Assembly: GCA_963749655.1 (NCBI GenBank) | Contig: CAVVOB010000014.1 | Location: forward strand, 1-64,000 | Length of the DNA: 64,000 nt | Source: Nitrospirota bacterium | Lineage (GTDB): Bacteria; Nitrospirota; UBA9217 | Reading direction: 5' to 3' | Shown: positions 42,410-56,073 of the stretch, piece by piece | How the letters are laid out: every line of letters begins with the position of its first letter | Numbering within the stretch: position 1 is the first letter of the stretch | Notes under the pieces: model-generated | The model's input: the letters and a program-made list of their open reading frames with translations, nothing else | What the model was told of the DNA's origin: nothing | The model's database searches: none | Position numbers and translations under genes: made by a program

Positions 42410-45400
42410 ATGACCACCCCCTTACACATACTGATCGTCGAGGATTCCGAGGACGACACCCTGCTCCTGCTGCGCGAGCTGCGAAGCGGCGGCTATGAAC
42501 CCGTGTTCTGAACGCGTCGACACGCCTGAGGCCATGAAGCAGGCGCTTGCGACGCACGGCGCTGGGACATCATCCTTTCGGACTACCTCATGCCGAAATT
42601 CAGCGGCCTTGCCGCGCTCGCGCTGTTGCAGGAGAGCGGGCTCGACCTTCCCTTCATCATCGTTTCGGGCAACATCGGCGAGGACATCGCCGTGCGGCGC
42701 GATGAGGGCCGGGGCGAACGATTACATCATCAAGGGCAACCTGACCAGGCTCGTCCCGGCCGTGGAACGGGAGCTGCGCGACGTCAGAGGTCCGGCGCGA
42801 GCGGGAGCCAGACCGAGGACCAGCTCAACGAATCGAGACAGCGGCTCTTCGAGACGCTCGAGAACATGAACGAAGGGTTCTTCACGCTCGACCATGAATG
42901 GCGGTTCACCTATGTGAACACGGAAGCGTCGAAGCTCTGGCGGAAGAGACCGCGAAGAACTGATCGGACAGAAGCCTCTGGGACGTGGCGCCCGGCGGCC
43001 GTGGGCACGATCTTCGGCAGCGAGTACCACCGGGCCGTGCAGGGAGCAGACAACCGGTCAGCTTCGAAGCCCTCTCGCCCTGCTCAGGGTATCTGGGTCG
43101 AGGTGCGGGCCTATCCGAGCGACGACGGCCTGGTCGTTTATTTCCACGACATCACCGACCGCAAAAAGTCGCAGGAGCAGATCACCCGGTTGACGCGGCT
43201 GTATTCCGTGCTCAGCAAGGTCAACGAGGCCATCATCCGCATCCACGAGCCGGAAGACACTGTACCAGCGGGTCTGCCGCATCGCCGTCGAGGACGGCGG
43301 CTTCAAGATGGCCTGGATCGGCCTGACCGATCCCGACGACGCGCGAAGTGCGGCCCGGTCGCCAGTTACGGGGATAGCGGCGGATATCTGGACGACATTA
43401 AGGTCTATCGCCGCTGGACGTTCCGGAGGGCAAGGGCCCCACGGGCAGGGCGGTCTCCGAGGGAAACAATGTCATCTGCGCGACATCGAACACGATCCGA
43501 TCATGCGTCCCTGGCGCGACAAGGCCCTGCGGCACGGTTTCCGGTCCTCCGCGGCCTTCCCCCTGCCGGTCCGGCCCGACGGTCATCGGCGCTATTCACC
43601 ATCTATGGCGCGAACCCGCAGTTCTTTACCGACGAGGAAACGACCCTGCTCACGTCCCTGGCCGAGGACGTCTCCTTTGCCCTCGATGCCATGGCCAACG
43701 AAAAAAAGCGGAAAGCGGCCGAACAACGCACCGAGCTCATGAACGCGCTGCTGGGCTTGTTCACGCGCAAAGTCACGCGCCACGAGTACCTCGACGCGGC
43801 CTGCACCATGATCCGCGACTGGAGCGGCTTCCAGCATGTGGGCATCCGCATCGAGGACCCCGACCGCCGGATCCCTTTCGAATCCTGCGAGGGATACAAC
43901 GAAGCGTTTCTGGAAGAGGAAGGGAACCTTTCTCTGGCCCACGACCACTGCATCTGCACCCGCGTCATCGCGGGAACGCCTGAGCCGCCCGACCGCGCAG
44001 CCATGACGCCGAACGGGTCCTTTTACTCGGGCGATACGACTGCGTTCCTGTCGTGCCTGGACCAGGAGCAGCGGACGCGGTACCGCGGCGTCTGCATGCG
44101 GTACGGATTCAACTCCCTTGCCGTGGTCCCGATCCGCTACCGGGAAACCCCGATCGGCGCGATCCATCTCGCCGACGAACGGCAGGGTCTGGCTCCCCGG
44201 ACCTCGGTCGTGTTCCTCGAACAGCTGGCGCACATCATCGGCGAGGCCGTCTTCCGCTTCGGGATCGAGGACGAGCTCCGGGCCAATTATGCCAGTCTCC
44301 AGAAGACCTCAGAACTCCTGGAGAAGATCTTCTCTACGACCCACATGCTCGTGGTCTACCTCGACCGTGACTTCAACTTCATTCGCGTCAACCGCGCCTA
44401 TGCCAAGGCCGAGAACAACGAACCGGGTTACTTCATCGGCCGGAACTATTTCGACCTCTGTCCCGACGAGGCGTTGAAAGGGGTGTTCCGCCAGGTCGTT
44501 GAGACCGGCGAGCCCTACTTCGCGACGGAGCGGCCCTTCGAATACGCCGGCAGTCACCCGGGCAGGACGTCGTACTGGGACTGGAGTCTCCTGCCGGTGC
44601 GGGAAGCCGACGGCATGGTGAGCGGCCTGGTGTTCACCCTCGTCGACGTGACGGACCGCAGGTCTGCCGAGGAAAAACTGCGCGAGGCGAACGCCTATAA
44701 CCGGAACCTGATCGAATCGAGCCTGGACCCCCTCGTCACCATCGGCTCCGACGGAACGATCACCGACGTCAATGCCGCCACCGAGATGGCGACGGGCTTT
44801 CTGCGCGAGGAGCTCATCGGCACCGACTTTTCCGAATATTTCACCGAACCGGACAAGGCCCGCGCAGGCTACCAGCAGGTCTTCCGCGAGGGCAAGGTCA
44901 TGGACTACGCCCTGGAGATCCGGCACCGCAGCGGCGGACAACGCCGGTACTGTACAACGCGTCGGTGTACCGCGACGACACGGGGCAGGTCATCGGCATG
45001 TTCGCCGCCGCCCGCGACATCACGGCGCTGAAAAAAACGCAGGAAGAGCGGGCCCGCCTGGCCTCGGCGGTGGAATCCACGGCCGACGCCGTGGTGATCA
45101 CCGACGGCGATACGGGACGGATCCAGTACGTGAACCCCGCCTTCGAGCAGATCACGGGATACCCGGGAAGAGGCGCTGGGCCGCAGCATCCATATCCTCG
45201 ACAGCGGCAAGCACGACGCGGACTTCTACGGGAAGCTCCGGGAGACGCTCGGCACCAACGGCGTCTGGCGGGGCCAGCTCGTGAGCAAGAAAAAGGACGG
45301 CACCCTCTACTTCGAGGACTGCACCTTCTCGCCGGTCCGGGACGAAGCGGGCGAGATCATCAACTTCATCTCGGTGAAGCGCGACGTGACGGAGAAGCTC

Positions 45401-46101
45401 CGGCTCGAATCCATCGCCGAGTCCGTGAACACCATGAACAACATCGGCTATGTGTTCTCCGGCGTGCGGCACGAGATCGGCAACCCCATCAATTCGGCCA
45501 AGATGAGCCTGAGCGTCCTGCAGCACAAGCTGGACACCGCCTCCGAAGGAGGCCGTCAAGGACTACGTGGACAGGGCGCTGGGCGAGATCGGCCGGGTGG
45601 AGCATGCTGCTCAAGAACCTGAGGAACTACAACCTCTACGAAAAGCCGGAGCTCGAAGAATCTGAACGATGGCACTTTCTTGCGAGAATTCCTGCAGCCT
45701 GGTCACGGAGGATTTCAGAAAAAAGGCATTGCGATCAGCCATGACGTCCACCCCGGCGCCGAGTGGGCGATGGCGGACCCGCGCGCGCTGCAGCAGGTGC
45801 TGCTGAACCTCATGACGAACGCGGCCGACGCCTTGCGGGCAGGCGCCGACCCGGCGATCACCGTCGCGCTCGAGCAGAAAGTACGGCAGGGTCCTGCTCC
45901 AGATCTCGGACAACGGCTGCGGCATGACGGAAAAACAGCAGCAGGACCTGTTCAAGCCCTTTTACACTTCCAAAAAGCACGGAACAGGGCTCGGCCTGGT
46001 GATCGTCAAAAAGATGCTGAGCCGGATGAACGGCGAGATCGAGATCACGAGCATGAAGGACCAGGGAACGACCGTAGACATCTCTTTGCCGGAGGGGACA
46101 C

Positions 46102-46118
<17 letters not shown>
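42410..46118 (+). CDS. hybrid receiver-PAS-GAF histidine kinase (many frameshifts)
   Basis: N-terminal LIVEDSEDD receiver; PAS/GAF segments; GVRHEIGNPINS H-box; NLMTNAADA; GTGLGL. Confidence 0.8.
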
Positions 46119-47468
<1,350 letters not shown>

Positions 47469-47573
47469 TCGACCGTCCAAAATGACCCGTCCAGAATGAG
47501 CACAATTTCACTCCTCTTTCAATCCGCCGTTTTTAACACTTTGATTTAACGCGCCATTTTTTTTGCCCTTTTC

Positions 47574-47589
47574 TGGCATTTTCCTTGCT
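47574..47589 (+). promoter_or_regulatory. sigma-54 (-24/-12) promoter
   Basis: TGGCAT-TTTCC-TTGCT; IHF consensus on the minus strand at about 47534-47547 (AATCAA-AGTG-TTA). Confidence 0.75.
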
Positions 47590-47629
47590 TAATAGATACT
47601 TAATTAATGCGCAAAAAGGGGCAAACATC

Positions 47630-47990
47630 ATGATAGATGTGCTGTTGATCGACGACGAAAAACATTTTCTCCGGGACCTCGCCGAGGGGCTCCGTATCCA
47701 TTCAAAAAAATTGAACGTCATTACCGCGGAAAACGGGGCAACAGCGCTCGAAATGCTGAAGACCGTTGTGGTGGACGTTGTCGTGACGGACCTGAACATG
47801 CCGGGCATGGACGGCTATGAGCTTATGCAACGGCTGCAGAAGCTCCGCCCGTCGGTGCCCGTCATCGTCATGTCAGCTTATGCCCGATCGAGCGTTGACC
47901 AGCGGCTGCAGGGTATTCGCCTTGCCGAGTATATCGAGAAACCGCTGGACCTCGAGCAGGGTCGCAGAAGCGATCCTCGCCGCTGCCTGA
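47630..47990 (+). CDS. single-domain response regulator
   Basis: LIDDE, TDLNMPGMDG, MSA, EKP; probable indel near 47960. Confidence 0.82.
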
Positions 47991-48114
47991 AGGAAACAGA
48001 ACAAGGGACGCGCCGGTCAGGCAGGTCCGGGAAAGAACGACACGATCCCGGACACCGACGACTGACGCCTCGGCGGTTCTGCAGCGGCACCTAATGCTGT
48101 ACCAAGGAGGAACC

Positions 48115-49118
48115 ATGATGACCAGAACGGCACTAGCATATGATGAAGAACAGGCACAGGACCAGTTCAGCACCGACGAATGGCTCGATGCCGATGAGCT
48201 TGAATACGTCCGCCGACGCTGACGACGATTCACACCATGAGAATGCGGCACCGGTTCATGCCCGCCGCAGCCGCGAGAATGCATCGGAAGATCTCGATAC
48301 GATCAAGATGTACCTGAAGGAAATCCGTATTTCGAAGCTCCTTTCCTTTGAAGAGGAACAGGCCCTGGCCAAACGCGTCCAGGCAGGCGACCCGGAAGCG
48401 CGCAAACACATGATCGAGTCGAACCTCCGGCTCGTGGTGGCCATCGGCAAGCGCTACATCAACCGGGGCCTTCCCTTTTCCGACATTATCGAGGAAGGGA
48501 ACCTCGGCCTCATCAGGGCCGTCGAAAAGTTCGAGTATCAGCGGGGCTTCAAATTCAGCACCTATGCCTCCTGGTGGATCAGGCAGGCCATCGAACGCGC
48601 CATCGCGAACCAGGTCCGCATCATCCGTCTGCCGGTCCATGTGGCCGAGCGGGCCAACTCCTACCTGCGCACGGTCAGGAAGACTGACGCAGCTCCTGGG
48701 TCGCGAGCCCTCCAACGAGGAGATCGCAAAAAAGATGCGCCTCAGCGTACAGCGCGTCCGGGCGCTCTCCCAGGTGACGCGGGACACCTATTCACTCGAC
48801 ATGCTCATCAGCAGCGAGGGCGAGGACACGCTGCAGGACGTGCTCAAGGACGAAAACACCCCCGATCCTTCCACGTCGATCAACGATCGCCTGCGGCGCC
48901 AGCACCTGAACAACTGGATAGCCGAGCTTCCGCTGCCGGAACGCAATATAATCGCAATGCGCTACGGCCTGGACAATCGGCCGCCCCGCACCCTGGACAA
49001 TATCGGCAGGCAGTTCGGCATTACGCGCGAGCGGGTGAGGCAGATCGAGAGTCAGGCCATCCGCAAGCTCCGGGAGTATACGCGGATCAGGAACATCGAT
49101 ATGAGCGATATGCTGTAA
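48115..49118 (+). CDS. RpoD/RpoS-family (RpoS-like) sigma factor (frameshifted)
   Basis: AAGGAGG RBS; [52 protein letters not shown]; no RpoD region 1.1. Confidence 0.85.
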
Positions 49119-49159
49119 TTTCCTTGCGCACGTCCGGACGCATCGGCGACGGAGACATC

Positions 49160-49573
49160 ATGAAAAGCCAACTTCTTGAAGAGCGCACAGCGCCGGAAGC
49201 ATACAGAAAATTCGAAAAAACCGTTCTCGTCGTCGACGACAACGACGTCTTTCGGTCCATTCTGGCCGAATGGCTCAAGCTCATCGACGCTGAGCTCACG
49301 GTTCTTACGGCGGAGAACGGCAGCCAGGCGGTTTCGGTGCTGAACACCGCGGAGGTGGACCTGGTCATAACCGATCTGCGGATGCCGGTCATGGACGGAT
49401 CGGAGCTCACGCTCTGGCTGTCCGAATCAAAGCCGGCAACGCCGGTCATCGTCATGAGCGCCTTCTCCGACTTCGACACCCTCCTCCGTCTTGAATCGCA
49501 GGGGAGTTATTTTTTCGACAAACCGCTGGATTATCGCAGCCTCGCGAACACGGTCCGCGCCCTCCTTGACTGA
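49160..49573 (+). CDS. single-domain response regulator
   Basis: GGAG RBS; [21 protein letters not shown]. Confidence 0.85.
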   Translation: MKSQLLEERTAPEAYRKFEKTVLVVDDNDVFRSILAEWLKLIDAELTVLTAENGSQAVSVLNTAEVDLVITDLRMPVMDGSELTLWLSESKPATPVIVMSAFSDFDTLLRLESQGSYFFDKPLDYRSLANTVRALLD

Positions 49574-49738
49574 GGGCGCGGTCAAGCGTTGAAGCCAGCG
49601 AACAGCGAAGGAGCCCAGGATCACACGTGCCAAGTGGTTCCTGGTCTTGATTTACGCTTGGACGTATCCGTGTTCATCCGTGGTCAAATCGCTTTTCGTC
49701 TGTCGTTCCCACTGCCGTTTATGCCGAAAGGACCGGAC

Positions 49739-50152
49739 ATGAAGAACATCCTCCTTGCCGAAGACAACGTGCTTGTTCGAGAAACCCTGGCGTATGCAAT
49801 GCAGGTCAGCGTACCGGAATGCGCGATCCTCAAGGCCACGAACGGCCGCGAAGGCATGGACATCCTGGAGCGAGGGCATGTGGACCTCGTGCTGACGGAC
49901 CTCGAGATGCCCGGCGCAGACGGCTATGAGCTTATCGCCTACCGGAACACGCACTGCCCCGCCGTTCCCCTCCTGGTCATGACCTGCGATACCTCCCCGG
50001 CCGTTCTCAGAAAACTGAGCGCTCTGGGCGTGACCGAGTGTCTTGAAAAACCGTTCAACTATGAGTCGACCTTTCGCCTGATCGCAAACAAGCTCTGTCG
50101 CCGTGATCAGACCGCAGCCGGGCAGCCCCCGGAGCCGTGCGCCAACGCCTGA
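49739..50152 (+). CDS. single-domain response regulator
   Basis: LAEDN, TDLEMPGADG, MT, EKP. Confidence 0.82.
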   Translation: MKNILLAEDNVLVRETLAYAMQVSVPECAILKATNGREGMDILERGHVDLVLTDLEMPGADGYELIAYRNTHCPAVPLLVMTCDTSPAVLRKLSALGVTECLEKPFNYESTFRLIANKLCRRDQTAAGQPPEPCANA

Positions 50153-50315
50153 AAACCCCGTCTTTGAAACCTCCTCCCCCGGCCCCCCCTTCCGGAAATA
50201 GCTTACCTCGCCTGCGCTCTTCTGATATAATGAAGGCACGTTGAATTTAAGACGTCCTGCGCCGCCGTCCGCCGGCAATCATGCTGCAGAAGAAATCACC
50301 TGTCCAGGAGTTCTC

Positions 50316-52990
50316 ATGTCCGAATCACAGATGCAAAAAAAACACACAACGATCTTGTTGAAGGACTACCGCATTCCCGACTATCGCATCGAGACCGTGA
50401 ACCTCGAGTTCGAGCTCGACGAAACGCGGACCCGCGTCACGATCGCTCCTGACCGTGGTCTGCAACCAGAGCGCCTGCGAGGGCATCCACCCCCTGGTCC
50501 TGAACGGCAGGGACCTGAAGCTCACGGCCGATCAAGCTCGACGGCCAGCCGCTGCGCGAGCAGGACTACCGGCTCGATGCGGAGTCGCTCACGATCCTGC
50601 CCGTGCCCGACCGGTTCATCCTCGAGATCGAGACCGAGATCAATCCCGCCGCGAACACGGAGCTGTCCGGCCTCTATCTTTCGGGCGGCAACTTCTGCAC
50701 CCAGTGCGAGGCCGAGGGCTTCCGCAAGATCACCTATTATCCCGACCGGCCCGATGTCATGGCGCGCTTCTTCACCACCATCATTGCCGACAAGAAGAAG
50801 TATCCCGTGCTGCTCTCGAACGGCGAACCTCATCGATTCGGGCGACCTCAAGGACGGGCAGGCATTTCGCCAAGTGGCACGACCCGTTTCCCAAGCCCGC
50901 ATACCTCTTTGCGCTCGTGGCAGGCGACCTGGCGCGCATCCGCGATTCCTTTACGACCATGTCCGGAAGGAACGGTGGACCTGAACATCTATCGTCCAGC
51001 ACCACAACAAGGACAAGTGCGGCCATGCCATGGAGTCGCTCAAGCTGGCCATGAAATGGGACGAGGAGACCTACGGCAGGGAGTACGACCTCGACACCTT
51101 CATGATCGTGGCGGTGGACGATTTCAACATGGGCGCCATGGAGAACAAGGGCCTGAACGTCTTCAACTCGAAATACATCCTCGCCAGACCCGAGACCGCC
51201 ACGGACGGCGACTACCAGGGCATCATGGGCGTGGTGGGCCACGAGTATTTCCACAACTGGTCCGGCGACCGCGTCACCTGCCGCGACTGGTTCCAGCTTT
51301 CGCTCAAGGAAGGCTTTACCGTGTTCCGGGACCAGCACTTCATGGAGGACATGACCTCGCGCGGGCGTGAAGCGCATCAGCGACGTGAACATCCTGCGCA
51401 CCCACCAGTTCCGCGAGGACGCGGGCCCCATGGCGCACCCGGTGCGGCCCGAATCCTACGTCGAGATCAACAATTTCTACACGCTGACGGTCTACAACAA
51501 GGGCGCCGAAGTGATCCGCATGCTGAGGACCATCCTCGGCCCCCAGGGCTTCCGCAAGGGCACGGACCTCTACTTTTCCCGCCACGACGGACAGGCGGTC
51601 ACGACCGACGATTTCGTGAAGGCCATGGAGGACGCGACGCGGCGCCGATCTCACCCAGTTCAAGCTCTGGTACTCCCAGGCAGGCACGCCGGAGCTGTCG
51701 GTGACGCGGCGCTACGACCCGAAGGCGAAGGACCTACACGCTGACCTTCCAGCAGACCTGTCCTCCCACGCCGGGCCAGCCTGGAAAAGAAGCCGATGCA
51801 CATCCCCGTTGCCGTCGGCCTGCTCGGGAAGGACGGGAAGGACCTGTGAGTTGAAAATCGACAAAGGGACGGGGGTACAGGGCGATGGGGGGACGAAAGT
51901 GCTGGAGCTGAAAGAGGCTGAACGAGACTTTTGTGTTCATCGATGTCCCGCACGAACCGGTCCCGTCGATCCTGCGGCACTTCTCTGCCCCGGTCAAAGT
52001 GAAGCTCGACCTGACCGACGAAGACCGGCTGTTCCTCATGGCCAATGACTCCGACGAATTCAACCGCTGGGACGCGGGCCAGCAGCTTGCGGTCAGACTG
52101 ATCCTCGACCTGGTGAAGGACTATCAAGAAGGGAAGCAGCTTGCACTCGACAATCTCTTTATCGACGCCTTCAGGAAAACGCTCGAAAGCAACATGGAGG
52201 ACCAGGCGTTCCAGGCCTTTGCGCTCGCCCTTCCGGCGGAGAGCTATCTTGTCCGATTTCATGGAGGTGATCGACCCGACGGCGATCCATGAGGCGAAAA
52301 AATTCGTCCAGCAGACGCTGGCTGTCGCCCTGAAGGAATCCTTCCTTGCCGTATACCGGGCGAATGCCGACAACGGACCCTACCGGCCCGACCAGGTGTC
52401 CGTCGGCAAGCGCAGCCTCAAGAACACCTGCCTCGCCTACCTGAGCGAGCTCGAGGACGCCGATGTGCGCGAGCTCTGCGTGAAACAGTTCAGGAGCGGC
52501 GGAAACATGACCGACGTCATGTCGGCGCTGGTGAGCCTTGCGAACGCGGAATGCCGCGAGCGGGAGGACGCCCTCGCCTCGTTTTACAAGCAATGGAAGG
52601 ACGATCCCCTCGTCATGGACAAGTGGCTCGCGATCCAGGCCACCTCGCGGCTCGAGAATACGCTCGATACGGTGAAGAAGCTCACGAGCCATCCGGCGTT
52701 CAATATCAAGAATCCGAACAAGGTCCGCTCCCTCATCGGCGCCTTTGCCTCGAACGCGGTCCGGTTCCACGATCCCCGGGGCGCGGGCTACGCCTTCCTG
52801 GCGGACCACGTGCTCGCGATCGATGCCTTCAACCCCCAGATCGCGGCGCGGCTGGTGTCAGTCTTTCACGATGTGGAAGCGGTACGACGAGAAGCGGAAA
52901 AAGCTCATGAAGGAGCAGCTCGATCGCATGATGAAGGCGCCGAAGCTCTCGAAGGACGTCTACGAGGTCGTGTCGAAAAGCCTGGCGTAA
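50316..52990 (+). CDS. pepN: aminopeptidase N (frameshifted)
   Basis: [49 protein letters not shown]. Confidence 0.93.
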
Positions 52991-53007
52991 GCAGCCGTGC
53001 AAAAAAT

Positions 53008-53331
53008 CGTCATTCCCCACTCCTTGTGAAAGATTATGATGCTGGGCAAACTGCCGGCCTGCCCCGACCTGTCGGGGGAATAGTAGTGGAGCCCCCTCCG
53101 GCATCCCGACCTGTCGGGACTAAAATTGACGCGACCTCCCGCCTGCACCCGGCGTTTACGAGTGCGGATGCAAGGAGTGCCAGGTGGAACTGCTCACTCG
53201 CGCATGCGTGACACGTTCGTGTCACGCGCGAGTGAGCGCTTTCCACCCCCGGCAGGAGCCGGGGGATGCCAAGGCGCGGGATTGCCGCATAACGCCCTGC
53301 AAATGATGATTCCCGGCAAGCGGGAATGACG
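53008..53331. mobile_element. structured element bounded by 10-bp terminal inverted repeats (MITE/REPIN-like or ncRNA)
   Basis: CGTCATTCCC (53008-53017) and GGGAATGACG (53322-53331); several internal hairpins. Confidence 0.45.
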
Positions 53332-53471
53332 TCAAAAACTGCAATCACGACATTTTACGGAGCCACAGGTATTAGTTGCTTCAACAGAGATAATCCATCC
53401 TTCTCTCAATCTCCCCCTTGAAGGCGGTGAAGCATTTTCCCTCCGGCGACAAAACCCCTCAACCTTGTTCT

Positions 53472-55037
53472 TCATTGGCTCTTGCCGTCCTCGGAAACGA
53501 ACCGGAAGGAGTTCATGAACCTGTCGTCATCGGCCGTAAACATCATATTCTTGGGGCCGACGGCCGCTACCTTGTAAACACGGCCGTCCTTCAGATACAT
53601 TCTGAGCCTCATGACTGATTCTGCGTTCTCGATGTGCAGCTCTCTTGCGGGACAGGGCGCGCTGGTCAGGGTCGCCCGGCTCGCGAGCGTTCCCTTGAAA
53701 TTTTCAATGTCCGCCGAGCCCGCGCTGTCCAAAACGACATCAGGCGTTTTCATTTTCTCCAGAAGCTTCGCCGGGTAATCGGCGTACTGCACGGAGTAGT
53801 GTTCCTTTACATCGTCGCGTTTGAGTTCGAAACGGTACACAATCATGTTGCCCGCGCTGGTCTGGGCGTTTTCCTGAGAGGCTGCCGGCGTACCGGGCAG
53901 TTGGACACTGAAACGCGCTCCCGGCGGCGTGATATCCAGCCACGCTGCAACAGTGTCGCGAGCGGCGATAATTTGTCCGTCAGACGTTGTCAGTTTGAAG
54001 GATGAAAGGAACCGCTCCACGTCATCGCTCTGAATCTGTCCCTTCTGCCGGTTGGCGATCATGTGATAGAAACGACCGTTTACCAGGAACATAACGGCCC
54101 GGAAGGCGTCCTGATCATTTTCAGCGTGAACCTCTTTGCCGGGCCAGCTTCCCAAAAAAATAACCTTTTCGCTCACCAGCTTCCCTTTGAGATCGGCGAC
54201 CCCTGAATCGGTAACTCTTTGGTAGAGGGTATAAACGTCCGCACTGCCGCTTACAGCCTCCGGCAGGTCGTAGTAGAGAACGGCATAGCTGATTTTCGAT
54301 GACATTTGAACGCTGTAGGATTGTACCTGTATAGTTCCGGCTCCGCCCTCCAGAGAAATCGTCTTTGAATTCCTGACCGGTTCGCCGGGCATCGAAATTC
54401 GGAAACCGGCGCCATCAGGCGCGACATCCCGCCAGTCAGCGGCCTTGGCAATGTCCGCTGCGGGAAAAAGATTCGTCTGGCCTTTCTTGCCTATGAAGAT
54501 CAGCGCTGTCAGAGCTCCGGCAACAAGACATGCGGCAACGACAGGCTTCCAGGCAAGCCCGTCGCCGTCGGTCTCCTTGTCCTTATGATAGGCGAATGTG
54601 CCCCTTACGCCATTGAACAGGAAGTAGCCGAAGATCGCTGCCGCGCCTAATCCCGTATATTTACCCGTTTCTATTGTCATGAGGATCTTGCTGATGATGA
54701 AGTAGAAAAACAGCAGCAAGGCAGCAGTCCTGTTCTTTTTGTAGACACCGAACGAAAGAAGAAAAATGAAGGCCACGTCGAGGAGGTCCCAGGCCGTATG
54801 ACTCAGGACCGGATAGCCCCACAGTGCGGCGATCACAAAGGCCAGGGTGACAAAACCAATGAATGTTCCCAGCTGCCAGGCCTGCCGGATGGCTTTTTCC
54901 GTTGCCTCCGAGTCGCCGTCGTCCGTGGACTGCTCGTCAGCGGGCAGGTCCGGCTGTTTTGAGGGCGTCTCTCTGGACCGGGACATCCGTTCGGCTTTCC
55001 AGCGTTCGTATTCATCACGGCTGTTGAATTGGGACAT
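53472..55037 (-). CDS. membrane protein with duplicated extracytoplasmic domain
   Basis: about 5 TM helices, then two repeats WxDxxPxGAxFxxxxPGxP...YxVxYxDxP...RFxxSFxx. Confidence 0.7.
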   Translation of the reverse strand: MSQFNSRDEYERWKAERMSRSRETPSKQPDLPADEQSTDDGDSEATEKAIRQAWQLGTFIGFVTLAFVIAALWGYPVLSHTAWDLLDVAFIFLLSFGVYKKNRTAALLLFFYFIISKILMTIETGKYTGLGAAAIFGYFLFNGVRGTFAYHKDKETDGDGLAWKPVVAACLVAGALTALIFIGKKGQTNLFPAADIAKAADWRDVAPDGAGFRISMPGEPVRNSKTISLEGGAGTIQVQSYSVQMSSKISYAVLYYDLPEAVSGSADVYTLYQRVTDSGVADLKGKLVSEKVIFLGSWPGKEVHAENDQDAFRAVMFLVNGRFYHMIANRQKGQIQSDDVERFLSSFKLTTSDGQIIAARDTVAAWLDITPPGARFSVQLPGTPAASQENAQTSAGNMIVYRFELKRDDVKEHYSVQYADYPAKLLEKMKTPDVVLDSAGSADIENFKGTLASRATLTSAPCPARELHIENAESVMRLRMYLKDGRVYKVAAVGPKNMMFTADDDRFMNSFRFVSEDGKSQ

Positions 55038-55108
55038 TGTAAGTCCTCCGGGTATGGATGGAGCGACCCTGCCGCTGCAGGCGGCACAAGGAACTAGGGC
55101 TTATCGTG

Positions 55109-55578
55109 TTATTTCGATGTTACGCCATGATCGCCCAGAATTTTCCGTATCGCGTTGCTTATGGATTTTGTCTCTGTTCCCTCAAGGATCAGGAACGTCA
55201 CTCTCTTATCGCCGCGAAACATCGGCAGCGTCACGGGTTGCGTGTGAATCTGCCTGGTGGAACCTGGGTCATGGATATCTATGTAAAACCAGATCCCGTC
55301 TGCGTCAGGATTGGGAACGCCGGAAACCCATCCGCCCCGACGTTTTGGCTCATGAGTTTTGAACTCATAGGAAATGCACAACCGGGCAGCGTCTGCGTTG
55401 TCCTTCACGGAAAAATTCTGCAATTGCGGGTACCGGTCCTTCAAAGCCTCGATATCCCGTCCGATGCCGAGGATCGCGTTTTCATGCGTTTCCTGCGCTC
55501 CAGCGAAAACACCGGAAGACAACAGCAGTGCGAAAACACATGCTGTCCCGGCGAAGGTGAACCTATCTGCAGCCATGA
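55109..55578 (-). CDS. secreted hypothetical protein
   Basis: AGGAG RBS before MAADR; signal-peptide-like N-terminus. Confidence 0.55.
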
Positions 55579-56073
55579 AGATCTCCTGGCGAAGGCGGAG
55601 GCGAGGCACGCTTTTCGTGTCAGTCTCGACCTGCACGCTAATGGTTTAGAACATGCTGCCGGTAAGAATTGATTTCCGGTATATAGAAACCTGCCACATC
55701 TTTTGCTGTGTCCCAGGATTTTACTTTAGAGGAGCCCGGGCCGATGCCGGGACTCCAGCCGGGTTCATAGGTGTTAACAAAACATCGCCACAACTATATG
55801 CCTGTCATAGATGCCTGTCAATAATGACAAAAGGGTATTTTTAGGGTAGATAATGGTATGCCGGGGACATCGAAGCATGTCTGCGGGTCGTGTCAAAAAC
55901 TGCTGTAAGCGGACAATCAGGCCGTGGCGCCGCGGCAAAAGACCCCGGTCCTGCCCAAAATCTTCTAAAATCCTTTATACTTGAAGTGAACCCTCCGCGA
56001 CTGCAAGCGGAGCGCTGGTGTTCGCGAAGGGGGACGGATTTCCTCCACGGGGAACCTGCCCAAGGACACAGCC

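Noticed and set aside
48140-49573. 477-aa sigma factor-receiver fusion ORF
   Set aside because: Artefact of a frameshift near 48680. The sigma C-terminus is in another frame ending at 49118, and the receiver has its own RBS and ATG at 49160.
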